Assembly: GCA_951406725.2 (NCBI GenBank) | Contig: OX597827.1 | Span: forward strand, 30,566,001-30,630,000 | Source of the DNA: Octopus vulgaris | Taxonomy: Eukaryota | DNA length: 64,000 nt | Reading direction: 5' to 3' | In this document: positions 51,599-64,000 of the stretch, piece by piece | How positions within the stretch are numbered: position 1 is the stretch's first letter | How the letters are laid out: each line of letters opens with the position of its first letter | The notes under the pieces: generated by a model | What the model saw: only the letters and a program-made list of their open reading frames with translations | Told to the model about the DNA's origin: nothing | The model's database searches: none | Translations under genes and position numbers: made by a program

Positions 51599-54205
51599 TA
51601 GTTCTGTCTTGATTGTGCCATTCTTCACCATTCTTCACCATTTTGGTCCAATTGCATGAGCAAATTTTCTTCCCATTATTGTGGAAGCCTTCCAAGAGGC
51701 ATTTTCTAATTTCTTGGATACAGCTCTGCAACTACACAGGTCCATCTTTTGTCTGAACCTTGCAACATGTCTGGCTCAGCGGAACTTGTACTTTCGTTAC
51801 TCTGTGATCCTTGTTCACTCTACTTCATTACTGAATAAGTCAACAGAAATATATTTCAGGATAATGATTTTGATTTTTGCCCCTTAATGCTGAGTATCTT
51901 TCAGAAAGCTGTACTTAACTTTTTGGAAGATCATATGGAGCCTTAAAGCCGCAGGTTCACCATCTTTGTACTAAAGCATAAGAATTTTAAAGTATATGTC
52001 ATCTACTAAGCTTTTAAATATATTAAATATTGTGCCAAAAAGACCAAATAATTTCACTTTTAGTCATCTTGTGCCTTGAACGTCCACACTGACCCACCAT
52101 CATCATCGTCCTTTAACATCTGTTTTCCATTCTGGCATGGGTTGTTCATAAAACAGTTTGGCCAGAGCCTGCAAGCTGAAATGCTGCATCAGGTTCCAGT
52201 CTGATTTGGCTTAGTTTCTATGACTGGATGCTCTTCCTAATACCAACCACTTTACTGTGTGTGCTGTGTGCTTTTAACATTGCACTTCACAAGTGCTTTT
52301 ATGTGACACCAACTCTTGTTGGCCAATTCTCTTCACCAGGAGATGTGGCCTTAATGCTTCTGCTGTGAAGGATGGGTCTTCTTGAGAACCAAGTCTTCTT
52401 GAAGCCTGTTCAGCTCTGACCTCTTCTCCCAGATTTTAACCCCTCGTCTCATAACATAAAGTTACCTTCCTCTCTACTGTAACCCCACTCAGTCAAAGGA
52501 GATCATCTTGCCAGCTGTATGGTGCCATGAAAAAAAACACTCAATACACACAATAAAGTAGTTGACATTAGGAAAGACATCCAGTCAAGAAACCTTAGCA
52601 AAACAGATATTGGGGCCTGATACAGTCCTTGGACCCTTCAGATCTTGCCAAATCATCCAACCCATGCCAGCATGGAAGACAGACATTAAAAGACAATGAT
52701 GATGAGTATCTTGCTAGTCATTACAGTATAGGAAGTAAGCAATTTTGTTTACCTCTGGCGATTGTGCTAATTTTTAAAGACATCACCAAAGAATTTGCTG
52801 ATACAGGTTTATGTATTCTGCTGTTCTTCTACCTTCCTGTTCTGCCACTTATCATTTCCTCCCTTCCTCAGCCACTTCTATTCTTTTACCCTCCCACTGC
52901 CATAATGAAATTTATTAAACCCCACCTCTACCCCTCTTTCATTCACTATATTCACCTCTACACCCACTCTAACCATCTGTCACTCTCCCCTCACACTCCA
53001 ATGAACTTATTCACCCATTCTTCCTGATTCTTTGTCCATATTCTCTCTTATACTTAACCTCTTGTATTTTGAGAATACACCCTGACACCTTATCATCTCC
53101 ATCATGGTCTTCTTTCCAGCTACTCCTATACTATATTTCCTCTATAGTAAGACACTTGTGCCTATTCTTCTATCATACTTTAGCATCTTAACATCTGTCA
53201 TAAAGTCACCTTACTCTCAACTACAAGCTCACTTAATCAAGGCTCTTCTCTTTGTCTTGTGAGTTACTTGGCGACCTCACAAGTGTCAGTGTCATGAAAA
53301 AAAAATTATCACTCAGTATTTGCTGTAAAGTGGTTGGCATTAGAAAGAGCATCCAGCCATAGAAACCATCCCAAAGCAGATACTAGAGTTTGAGGCAGTC
53401 CTTTGTTTCATTGGATATCAAAACTGTCTTAACTGCCAGCATGGAAGATAAATATTAAATGTAGATGAGGATTACATACATACACTCATGCACACACACA
53501 TACACACGACATGTATGCATGTGAGTTGTTGAATTTTAAAAGAGTTATGCTTCTCTCTATTCACACTTCAATGACTGAGAAAGATATGAAAACCACAAAC
53601 CATATTTCCTGCTCTTGATGAATAACTCAGGTCTCAAAAATATAAAACTATTGGCACTTGTTCAAATGCTCTGAGCATATCATCATCATTATCATAATTT
53701 TTAAGACCACTTTTCATGGGCTAGATAGTTACAGAGGATTCAACGGGTCAAGGGATCAGGTCTTGTCCCAGTCTCTCAGTTTGGGCATGGTTTCTCTGGG
53801 TGGATTCCTGCCCTAGTACAAACCAGCACAACTTTGAGATTATCTTGTAACTTGTGCACGCGCACGTGTGTGTATTGTCTCTGTTCTTTTTCTGTCTTGT
53901 AACTTACATGGCAACTTCATTAGTGCTGTTGGCATGCAAAAAGCACCCAGCACACTCTGGAAAGTGGTTGGCATTATGAAGCGAATCCAGCTGAAGAAAC
54001 CATGCCAAAGCTGACATCAGGACTTGGTGCAGCCCTGCAATTCACCAGATCCAGTCAAACTGTCCAGCATGGAAAATAGACGTTAAATAATGATGATGAG
54101 GACGACGTCGACAATGGTATTTACATGTATGTATCTATCTACCTACCTAGTTACCCATCTATGTATGTATGTATGTATGTATGTATGTATGTATGTATGT
54201 ATGTA

Positions 54206-54240
<35 letters not shown>

Positions 54241-55286
54241 CTATCTATCTATCTATCTATCTACCTACCTACCTACCTACTTACCAATCTATCTATAAAT
54301 ATCTTCTGAAAAATTAACAGGTATGTTAAATTTTTGATATTGACAAAACTCATTAACCTGTAACTACAGAATGCTGCTTATCTTAACTTTGCTTGTATTA
54401 TGCGTCATTCACATTTAAGAAGCTCAATAAGAACATAAACCGATCCAGTACCGATGCGACATCAGACCGAGAAAGATAAAGGAAGTCGACCGCCATGGGA
54501 TTCGAACTCAGCGCGTAAAGAGCCGTATCTAAATGTTGGACATTGTTATAAAAGCACAAGGCCTAAGGATCTTCTTGGCCGAGAGAGGGAGAGGGGGGAT
54601 AAGATTATGTGACGTTCATGCTTCTCTAAAAAACATAAGCAAAATGAACAAAACAGTTACAATCAGAAATCGAAGCCAAAGAAACCAGTCTCAAAATCAG
54701 GCTCGCGCGCGCACACTCACTCATATACACACAAACACTACACCCATTATGTGCATATACACACACGCACACACACATAAATATATATTTACATATACAC
54801 ACAGTTGTACATGTGCATGTGTAGACACACTTCTAGATTCACATGAAAACGAATAAAAAATAAACAAATTAATAAATAAACAATTATATTGACGTCATAG
54901 ATTTTGAGGTTTATATTTTCGCAGAGAATGATGACGTAAAGACAGCAATAAACAGAACCACAACAACTCTCGGCATTAAGGTAGGCATCGCTGATGTCTT
55001 GATAGTCTTCTCTCGTCTTTAATCATGGACCAGCCTGAAGTATTGACCTGACTAATTAATACCAATTAATTAAACGGAGTAAAATTACAATCACCATACG
55101 CCTGTAGACCGATTAAGTTTTTTTTTTGGTTCGGTATATTTTAATACTCTGTTGCTGTCTCTCCAAACTCGACAGGTACGTTTCAATATTTTTACTTAAT
55201 TCTATCTTACAGGTAACACACACACATATACATACATACATATATATACATATATATAATATATATATATATACATATATATAATA

Positions 55287-55325
<39 letters not shown>

Positions 55326-56049
55326 CATGTAATACGGACGGATAATGCAAACCGGGTATTGCTATAACATTGAGTATAAGTAGAAATAGTAAACAGTAAT
55401 ACGAGTCTTTATTGGTAGACGATTGAATTCAGTTCGAACGTAATTAAAGTAGTTAAAAATTGATTTCTTGAATTAACGTGAATTGTTTACTGTTGAGTAT
55501 ACATAGTCGTCGTTGTATCTATTGAGCCTCTGATGAAAGGCGTTCAAATCGTTCGATTTCATCTATATATATATTTTCTCATACATTGTAATTAGGATGA
55601 TATTATTCACTGAGTCCTTTCCTTTTTGAGACACTAGGGTATGGTTTGAGGGAAATTTGTTTTCTATCTCTAGAAAGCTGAGTGATTATGTAGAGGTTCA
55701 AATATTTGTGTGGACGTATTTGGACTGCAAAAACTGAAAAATAATTATTTCTTTACATAAACACAATGCCAGAATTTATCGTTGAGGAAGGTTATTGATC
55801 GATTATATCGACTCCTACTTCCACATCCAGCACTTGACTGGTTCTTATTTTATTGATTCTGGAAGGAAGAAAAGCAAAGTAAATAAACCTCAGCGGGATT
55901 TGAACTCAAAACGTGAAGGAACAAAATGAAATACTGCTGCAATTCATCTCGTTCAGCGAGCGCTTAACGGTCTCAGTAAACGAATTCACACTGCCAAATT
56001 TGACAAAAAGCAATCTCCAGAATTCATATGACTTGATTAGTGACAGTCG

Positions 56050-56108
<59 letters not shown>

Positions 56109-57012
56109 GTTGCTAATTTGTAATTAGACTGTTATTATCTGCGTGTATATATTTATTTGCTATCGTTGTCTGATTTGCACCTTTAGTTAAAATTACAACA
56201 TAACCAACCAACATCGTTTTTCGAACACTTTTACTAATATTGCTGTTGTATATAGATTTTAAATGTGATCGAAATTCTTGCCTTTTCTTAACATGAATTA
56301 TAACTGACAAATATGTTTGTCTTCATAAACACCTCAATCGTTTATTCTGACTGACTAGCTATAAATTTTTATGCCATCAACTTAAGAATAGTTAAACGAG
56401 GGAGCTTCTACATAATCGTTCAACCTACTAGAAATAGCACTCAAATTACTTCTACTACCTTAAGCTAAAAAGGGCTACCTTGGATAATGTAGTCTTAGAT
56501 ACGCAATATCCAAGAGAAAGACGGGATGATCATAACCGAAACGCCTAGGTCAGTTAGTCTTCGTCTCCTTTTATAATTGACTTCATATCTAGAATACATT
56601 ATAGATATAAAAATCGACATAGTAATTGCCTGGTGTTATAATTTATCAGTTCTGGAAGGATAAAGAGAGGAAATTGCCTTCAGTGGAATTTGAACTCGGA
56701 GCTGACCTGGAGCTAAACAATAACTATGTTACGAATATAGCGGAAAGGAAGAGCAAAATAAACGTAGCAAAATAAACCATATATTTTGTAGATACATTGT
56801 CAAACTGTATGTGTGCACAGATTAGCACTCATATTCAATCGTTATCAGACTTCGCCCTCTTTTATAGATTGAACATCTTGTATCTCATGATCGGGCTTTG
56901 CTGTGTTGAAATTTTGTGGTTTAGCTCAGCATCAGCCTTCACCGACCAGGCCTACGTTTAAAGTTGTTCCAGTTACGACCATTTCATTATATCTTATAAC
57001 TATATTATCAAA

Positions 57013-57073
<61 letters not shown>

Positions 57074-58479
57074 GAGACACACATTGTGGGCTTATCTCAT
57101 TTTTTAGTTGATAGGTTGGAATTAAGTCTCAGGTTAACCTTGATGGAGCAAAACTAAATGAAAAGTATTATCAATATACATACCTCATCTTTTTATGGTT
57201 ATTTAGAAATATGCTATTTCTAGCGAGGTGGACGACGACGTTCGGACTCCCTTGTTGATCTGTAGAAATCGTCAATTGTGGGTGATTATATATATATAAA
57301 GAAAAGGACAAAATAATTGGAAACAGGAACTGAATTCACAACAGACTTTAGGAAGTTGGTACGCCTTTCAATAAACCACACAAAAAAAACAATTGATGAT
57401 TGTGTTTGTGTATTAAGTTTTTTTCTTTATCTATTCTTTTTTTCTAAGGTTATCAACAAACATTGGATTATCATGATAGTAACAATAATAATAACAAACT
57501 GGTATATCGGTATTTCAACTGCGGTTATTCAAACGGTGTCAATAAGGGCGTGCACGTTATAAATATACATACGTAAATGGATAAAATAACTTTAATCATC
57601 TTTATTACTAATTAGTAGGAGAAGCGAAATTCTTTTAAAGTAAATTATTTTCTAATTCATTAATCAGAAAATAAGAAAAGAAAAATAGATATTTTAGTTG
57701 AATGAACTTAGACGATTATGAAAAGAAGACAAAAGTTATTTCAACCACTTAGTCTAATAACAGGACGACGGTAGTGTTTGTAAGTAGCAAGAGGCCAGCG
57801 AAGGAAGTAAATTAATGACCGGATTTAGTTTGTCAATGCAGACAACTTATACATAGTTGAGACAAGAGAAACTCTACGAGAGGGTCACTCGACCTGCTAG
57901 AAATATTAACCTCATCTACCTTAAATTACACCACACTCTTTGAAAAAAAAAGTGCGCGCGAGGAGCACAGACAATTTTAGTACTAGGTATAATGTCCCAA
58001 ATAAGAGAGATCGAACACCTTTGAACATGGGTTTGATCCGAGTTTTTAGATCATCATAGTTACTTTAAAGTTTCTTGTCTGGAGATATTCGTCTTTATTT
58101 ACTTCAACTTTTCTAGAATTAAATTTATTTTGGTGGGTGTGGTGGTGGTTGGACATTTCCATTTTTGTTGGATGGTAGATGATAAATGAATTAAAAATAG
58201 AAAAGTAAAAGAGAAATTCATGAAAGAAGAGCAAAGAATTTTTTAAATAAATACATCAAAAATAAAATATAGCTGAGAAGAAAAGGAAGAGAAAGAAATT
58301 GGAGGTATGCAATCTTCTAGGATTATACATTTTTGGGGTATTTAGCAAGAAATTGATTGCATTAGATGGTAGCCTTTAAAGACCTGATGAGTTGACTACA
58401 TCTTAAAGTAGAAGCAGACGTACATTAACGAGGGATATAATACATGTAGCCACTGTAACTAATAACTGCAGTATTTACT

Positions 58480-59175
58480 TGATGTTACCTTAAATTTATA
58501 TTCTAACTTATATAAAATCTTTAGGAAACTTAATGAAAATTGCACTTACATGTAAAAATAGGATCATGTAAAAATTTCATTGAATTAAATTCTTTGATAA
58601 GGCAGTCCCTTACTCCAGTAAAACCTTACTAATGAGTGGATTCAAGAACAAAATTACTTGCTCACATAATTTCTGTCTTCACTTAAAGTTAAATTTGATA
58701 TTGCAAAACTTTTGTAGCCTTAATAGATTAATATATAAAGCTGATTAACAAACCTACTAGTTAACTAAGCTGAAATTGTACTACAAACATGAAAAATGTA
58801 TCACAAGCTCAATCCCAATAATGCTAAGGCCATATATGCAGGCAAAACACAATACTTGTCCGCTGAATGTGTCTTGCAAAGCAGAAGCTATCCTTTCTTG
58901 GCTAGATGCTACCATCATAAAACGAAACATTAATGTAGCATCTAAAAGTACATAAGAATGACTGAAGAGAGTTCAAAGGACGATTCAACAACCATTCTGC
59001 CTCTCTCAAACACATTAATATGAGAAATACAATAAAATAAGCTGAGTACACCCAGCAATTAAAAGAAAAATCCTGATTAAAACATCAAATAGAAGTATTT
59101 TGAAAGATCAAAGTCTTAGAAGTTTGGAAATGAAAGATGCAATCTTTGAACAGCAGAGAAATGCCTCATCATAAT
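58480..59175 (+). pseudogene. Old degenerate Penelope-like element (RT thumb to GIY-YIG)
   Basis: Fragments LDVTLNL...IFRKLN, FDKAVPY...LLMSGFKNKI, TCPLNVSC, FKGRFNNHSASLKH, RCNL*TAEKCLI across many frameshifts. Confidence 0.65.
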
Positions 59176-59278
59176 ATAATCTGCTTAATCATGATCGTCA
59201 TTTGAATGTTACATTTACATATATACATACATGCATGCGCACACACAAACATACATGTATATGTGTGTGTATATAATC

Positions 59279-60030
59279 ATTTTAACCCTGCTTGCATAAG
59301 CAAAAGCAGGGTGTTGTAATCACTCATCATTGTCTGTCTGTGTGTTTGCAAAATTAATGGAAAATGGCTGAATGGATTTTCTCCAAATTTGGTAGAAAAT
59401 ACTCATTGAGTGAGTGACTTGAAGTGATGAAAATTTGGTTTGATTATCTTCAACCATACATAAATACATACATAGATTTGTGGCTCTGTGTGTGTGTACA
59501 GTGATGGATTGAGGGTTTCGTTTATTTACAAGTTGATTTCTTAATTTCACCAGTGTATAAATACCTATAATGGTGATTCTTAAAAAAATAAAAGAAATTT
59601 TAAAAAACTGAGCTCATAAATTTCCCTATATTATTTATATCCTACAACGAACTACAGTACGTTTGATTCGCCTGCCATCATCGAAAAACGTTGAAAACAC
59701 TTATTCTATACAATATTTTCTACAAGTATTTCGTTTTGTTGACTTTCTTTTTCATATGAATTGACCTTTGTCTGCGTGTGTACAGATCATGGTGTACCTG
59801 TGTGTAGATACGTGTGGGTACATACATAAATACATACATAGATATGCGACTCTGTGTGTGTGTATGTGCATATACAGTGATGATTTGAGGGTTTCATTTA
59901 TTTGTGGGTTGATTTCTTAATTTCACTGGTATATAAATACCTATAATGGTGATATTTAAAAAAAATATAATAATAAATCAGTTTAATTAAAAAGCATGGG
60001 TAAGCAACGCATTGTAAGCCACACTATAAT
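59279..60030 (+). mobile_element. Probable DINE-1/HINE-like element with internal ~130-bp duplication
   Basis: Starts ttttaaccctgctt...aagcagggt (hairpin), then gtctgtctgt; ends aaagcatgggt. 59456-59590 is repeated at 59820-59960. Confidence 0.5.
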
Positions 60031-60474
60031 TTACAAAAAATTTAGCTGCATGCAAGGTATGCATCACCCCTCTGATGCCTCTGTTTTTCATTATGTCTGT
60101 TTTTCCCTGCAAACGTGGGTTGGACAAGTTTTCAGTCTTAATCAGTTCTTATTTGAAGTCACTATCCTCCCAGATAGATTGCAAGGTCATGTCTCACTCC
60201 CATGTCCCAGTTTTGAGCATTGTTTCTCCTTCTTGATACTAACCATTTTACAAGGTGTACACAGTGCATTTTGTTATGGCACTAGCATGTGAGTTGGTCA
60301 TGTCCTTGGAAAACTAGAGCGGTCTACATTGTCTCAGCTCACTTGTTCAGCCACTTTATGTAATGTAACTGAGTGTGTTTTGTAAGTAGTTTTGTCACGT
60401 ACATCACAAAACTAAAGTGTTTGCACTACTCTAAAAGGGAAACCAGATGAGAGGGCAATGACAGAAGCTGAGCG

Positions 60475-60545
60475 GTGGTGAGAGATGTGAAAGTGCAATA
60501 GGGGAAATAAGTGGTGAGAGATGTGAAAGTGCAATAGGGGAAATA
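60475..60545. repeat. Perfect tandem duplication of a 35-bp unit (36-bp period)
   Basis: gtggtgagagatgtgaaagtgcaataggggaaata occurs twice. Confidence 0.9.
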
Positions 60546-61179
60546 GATTTATGTGGGTGAAAGTAACAGAAGAGCCAGTGCTAGTGGTGACAAAGTAATG
60601 AATGAGAGACAGCAATGCCAGGAGTTAGTGGGGAAAGGCAGCAATGATGGAAAAACTACTTATTTGACAGTGAGAAGGCAAGAAGTTGATGAATGGTTAG
60701 GAAGATCAGTAAGAAACGAGTGAGGTATGTTAATCATAATAACCTGCAGGCGAGAAAACAAGGGCTTGCAGAAGGATGACAGGCGGAGGGAAAGATCCTT
60801 CATTTTACAGGTATTGTGATAGGAGTAAGAGAAATGTTAGTCAGGTGATGGGGCTTGAATGGGGAGAGATTCAGTTCTATACTGTCGTATATGGTACAAT
60901 GAATAGGAGAGGATCAGTGATAGAGAGATGAAAGCATGTTAAAGAAGTAGATGGAGAGTAGGGAGAGTGAGAGAAATGAAAGATGTCAAGGCGATGGAGG
61001 GTTGTAGGGAGAGGGTGAATGAAAGAGAGGTAGAAGGATATTACAGAGGCGGGTGGCAGATGGTTGGTTGGGAAAGGGCATCCTAACCCTTATCTCTACC
61101 TTGTTTAAGTGTTCTCTTTGCCATGCTTATACAGAAGAAGAGTATATTTTTCCTCTGCCTTGTATATTCTCAATTGTTG

Positions 61180-63150
61180 TGGTCTCATAACATCTCTTTC
61201 ATGAAGCTCTGCATCTGCAAACCAATTCTCACATCATCCCATGTCATCCTAGGTCTCTCTCTTCCACAAGTTTCATCTATTTTGTACATTCATCACATTC
61301 TTCTAGAGCTGTCATCATTCAAACGCATCACATTCCCTTACCTGTGCAGTCTTATCTCTTGCATGCTACATCAGATTCTTCTCATACCTAGTTTTTCACT
61401 CAGCTCATCAATGTTACACATGAGCATGTTCATTTCATTTCTTTCCAATTTTGTAAAATCCCAAACACTTTTCTAGCCCCATGTTTCACTACCATGCAGC
61501 ATTCTACTTCATGCACAAGCATCGTTTAATCTCCACAGAGTGAACAGGCTCATTGTCGTTTGTATTTTCTTCACCTGCTTTTACTTTGGCAACCATACTT
61601 TCAGTATGCCCACCTCTCCTACTAACTAGGTCACCTTTATAACAAAAGCTATCAATTACATCAAGGGAGCTATCCTGGTATTAATTGTCTACAGAAACAT
61701 TACTTATAAACCTACTATTATTAACAGCTTAAGTGTTTCAGATACAATGAATGTATATAAAGACATGGTGTTTCCATCTGTCTATTACATACAGTCTTGG
61801 CTAAAATCTATTGATGAATTCCATAGTAGAAAGCATCTATTTCACCAGGGCTGTTAGTGCTTACTGCGTTTGTACATCTGTCATGTATAAAGTCTACCTT
61901 TTTCATTGGCCTGCTTGTGATCCCACTAATACTTTGGTGCATCCACAGGCTGCAGTGTATGAAATTTCTACCTACTCTCTTTTTCTGCATATTGAGTACC
62001 ACCACTTCCCTGATGGTACTAGAATCCTGTCTTCTTTTCTACTTACTAAAATCATGGTCTGAAGTTTACTTTGAGGCCTTCCAATTCTAGATTCTGCTTC
62101 CAGGTCTGGAATTTCTTCTCTCACTCCTCTTACAGAATTAGCTGTACAAACTAAATCATCACCATACTGAAGTTCCTATGAATAGCTGCTTTTGAAATAC
62201 TTTGATATGGTCTAGTGGACTATAATAATCTTGAAGAGCTAAGGACTGAGCTCTGATGAACCCTTACTTACATGCTAAATTCATCACTGGACTCATATCT
62301 GACCCTCATCTTGTTGACTGCACCTCTGTGCATAACTTGAATGATACAAGCTTCTCATTTACCTTTAGTTTCCTAAGTGATTACTAGATTACAAAGTATG
62401 GAATCAATCCAGTCAGAGGTGTTCTGCAGCTCAACAAACACCAGATACTCCTTGCTAATTACTCTTGAAAAAGTTTCACTTGAAAGAAAACATTAGTAGT
62501 AACACTTCCTCACCCAAAGCTGAACTGCAGCTCATCTGGGCTAATTTACTTCCTAATCAATTCAGTTACAACAGTTTCTATAACTTTCATAACCTAGTCC
62601 AAAAATTGTGATGCCTCATTAATTGCCTCTAATGCATTACTCTTCTTCCACTCATTGGATGTGACTCCTTTCTGTACAACCTGATTGCATATGCAAGTGT
62701 TTAGCCTGTGCCCTACTCTGCCAGATATTTTAGCATCTCAGGACTGACTGATGATCAACTTCCTTTAGTGCCTTCAAATCTTTAATTGTTTTAGCTACCA
62801 TACTGCTGTCAATTCAAAATGCTGGTCCCTTTCTGAGTCAGCTTTAGGGAAACCCTTCTTTCTTCTATACACATTCCTCCTTCAACTTCATGCTTCTGTG
62901 CATCTTTCTTTTTCCTGTTAGCAAGAGCAAGTGTGTTGTTATCATTTCCTGCACATGTCTAATGACTGTGATTCTCTCTAGTACACATCCTTGCAAACTG
63001 TAATATCTAACATCTCAGATACTCTTAGACATAAAGCATTGAGTAAAACTCTTATTTTCTGCATCTTTCCTGACTAATTATACCTGATGTCAAGCTTCTT
63101 GTTTAGCATAGTTCTCTGCTGTCCAATTTCTTCCAATGATTCCAGACTTA
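61180..63150 (-). mobile_element. Old, heavily degraded RTE LINE
   Basis: Remnants of MLHGSETW (about 61478-61502), VGRNFIHC..WMH, VHQSSVLS and EMLKISG-like (about 62717-62740), colinear with the 43797-46408 element. Confidence 0.75.
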
Positions 63151-64000
63151 TCTGCCAACTTTTATGGCTCTGTCTAGGATACTATTCCATCTTCTTGTCA
63201 TCTTTGATCTTATTAAAATCATACACCAGCCTGAGATGTGGTTTGTAAACCTCAACAGGTGTCTTGTAAGAACTACCATGTGCTCAAATGTAAATGTAGT
63301 TATAAATATTAGCTTATGATATATAGGGTAAAATAAGCAGGCAAGCTGGCAGAATCATTAGCATGCCAGGCAAAATGCTTTGCAGTGTTTTGTCTGTCTT
63401 TATGTTCTGAGTTCAAATTCTGCCAAGGTTAACTTTGTCTTTCATCCTTTTGGGGATGATAAATACTATTGGACACTGGGGTCGGTGTAAATACTCCAAA
63501 GAAAGAGGAAAAATTGCTAAAAATACAGCTTTTTAATCCTTTTGTTACTATATTTCAATTTAAATACACTGCTTTGTTTTAATTAATTTTTAAAATAATA
63601 AAGAATTTATAAAATAGTATTGTTATTGTAAAGCTGTTTTTTTTAAACAAATTAACAATAAACTTTGATAAGTTTTAATTTCAGTCACTTTAAGACAGGA
63701 AGTTTGTATAGAAGCAAGGAAGCAGCCAATCTCAGGCAGGGTGCTATCAAAAGTGTTAAAAATGACATATTTTCCATTTTTTCGAAACAAACATTTTTCT
63801 GCACTTTTATGTATAGAGACACTGCATCTGAGTGGATGCTTGAAAATTGTCATCCATGCATGCGTGTGTGTGTGTGTGTGTATTTTGACATAGGAGTGGC
63901 TGTGTGGTAAGTAGTTTGCTTACCAACTACATGGTTCCAGGTTCAGGCCCACTGTGTGGCACCTTGGGCGTCTGCTACAGTAGCCTCGGGCTGACCAAAG

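Noticed and set aside
55529-55563. CTGATGA before a (TA)n tract as another hammerhead
   Set aside because: No downstream GAAA, stem III or cleavage triplet.

Overview
AT-rich, microsatellite- and repeat-dense eukaryotic genomic DNA; the repeat repertoire (tRNA-derived SINEs, RTE LINEs with (CAT)n tails, Penelope-like elements, Helitrons) looks like an octopus/cephalopod genome (inference). Two spliced genes lie head-to-head and are not visible as such in the ORF track. On the minus strand are the first four coding exons of UVSSA (11803->499, continuing off the left edge). On the plus strand is a complete five-exon BORCS7 (23942-34982, 99 aa, with a 21-nt microexon). They probably share a promoter near 23.4-23.6 kb. 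The rest is largely transposon-derived: four RTE LINE copies (two with long RT ORFs carrying a PHD-type Cys/His finger), an RTE endonuclease half, two Helitrons with resolvable A|T targets, Penelope-like elements, Helentron-type HINEs, several MITEs and at least three SINE families. The most notable unannotated structure is a set of hammerhead-ribozyme motifs (intact cores at 8679-8760 and 40461-40539, plus three degraded copies). Also notable are two reconstructable transposon nests, repeated insertion of one SINE family into the same site of another, and a ~95-bp inverted templated insertion. I found nothing I can support as a wholly new protein-coding system.
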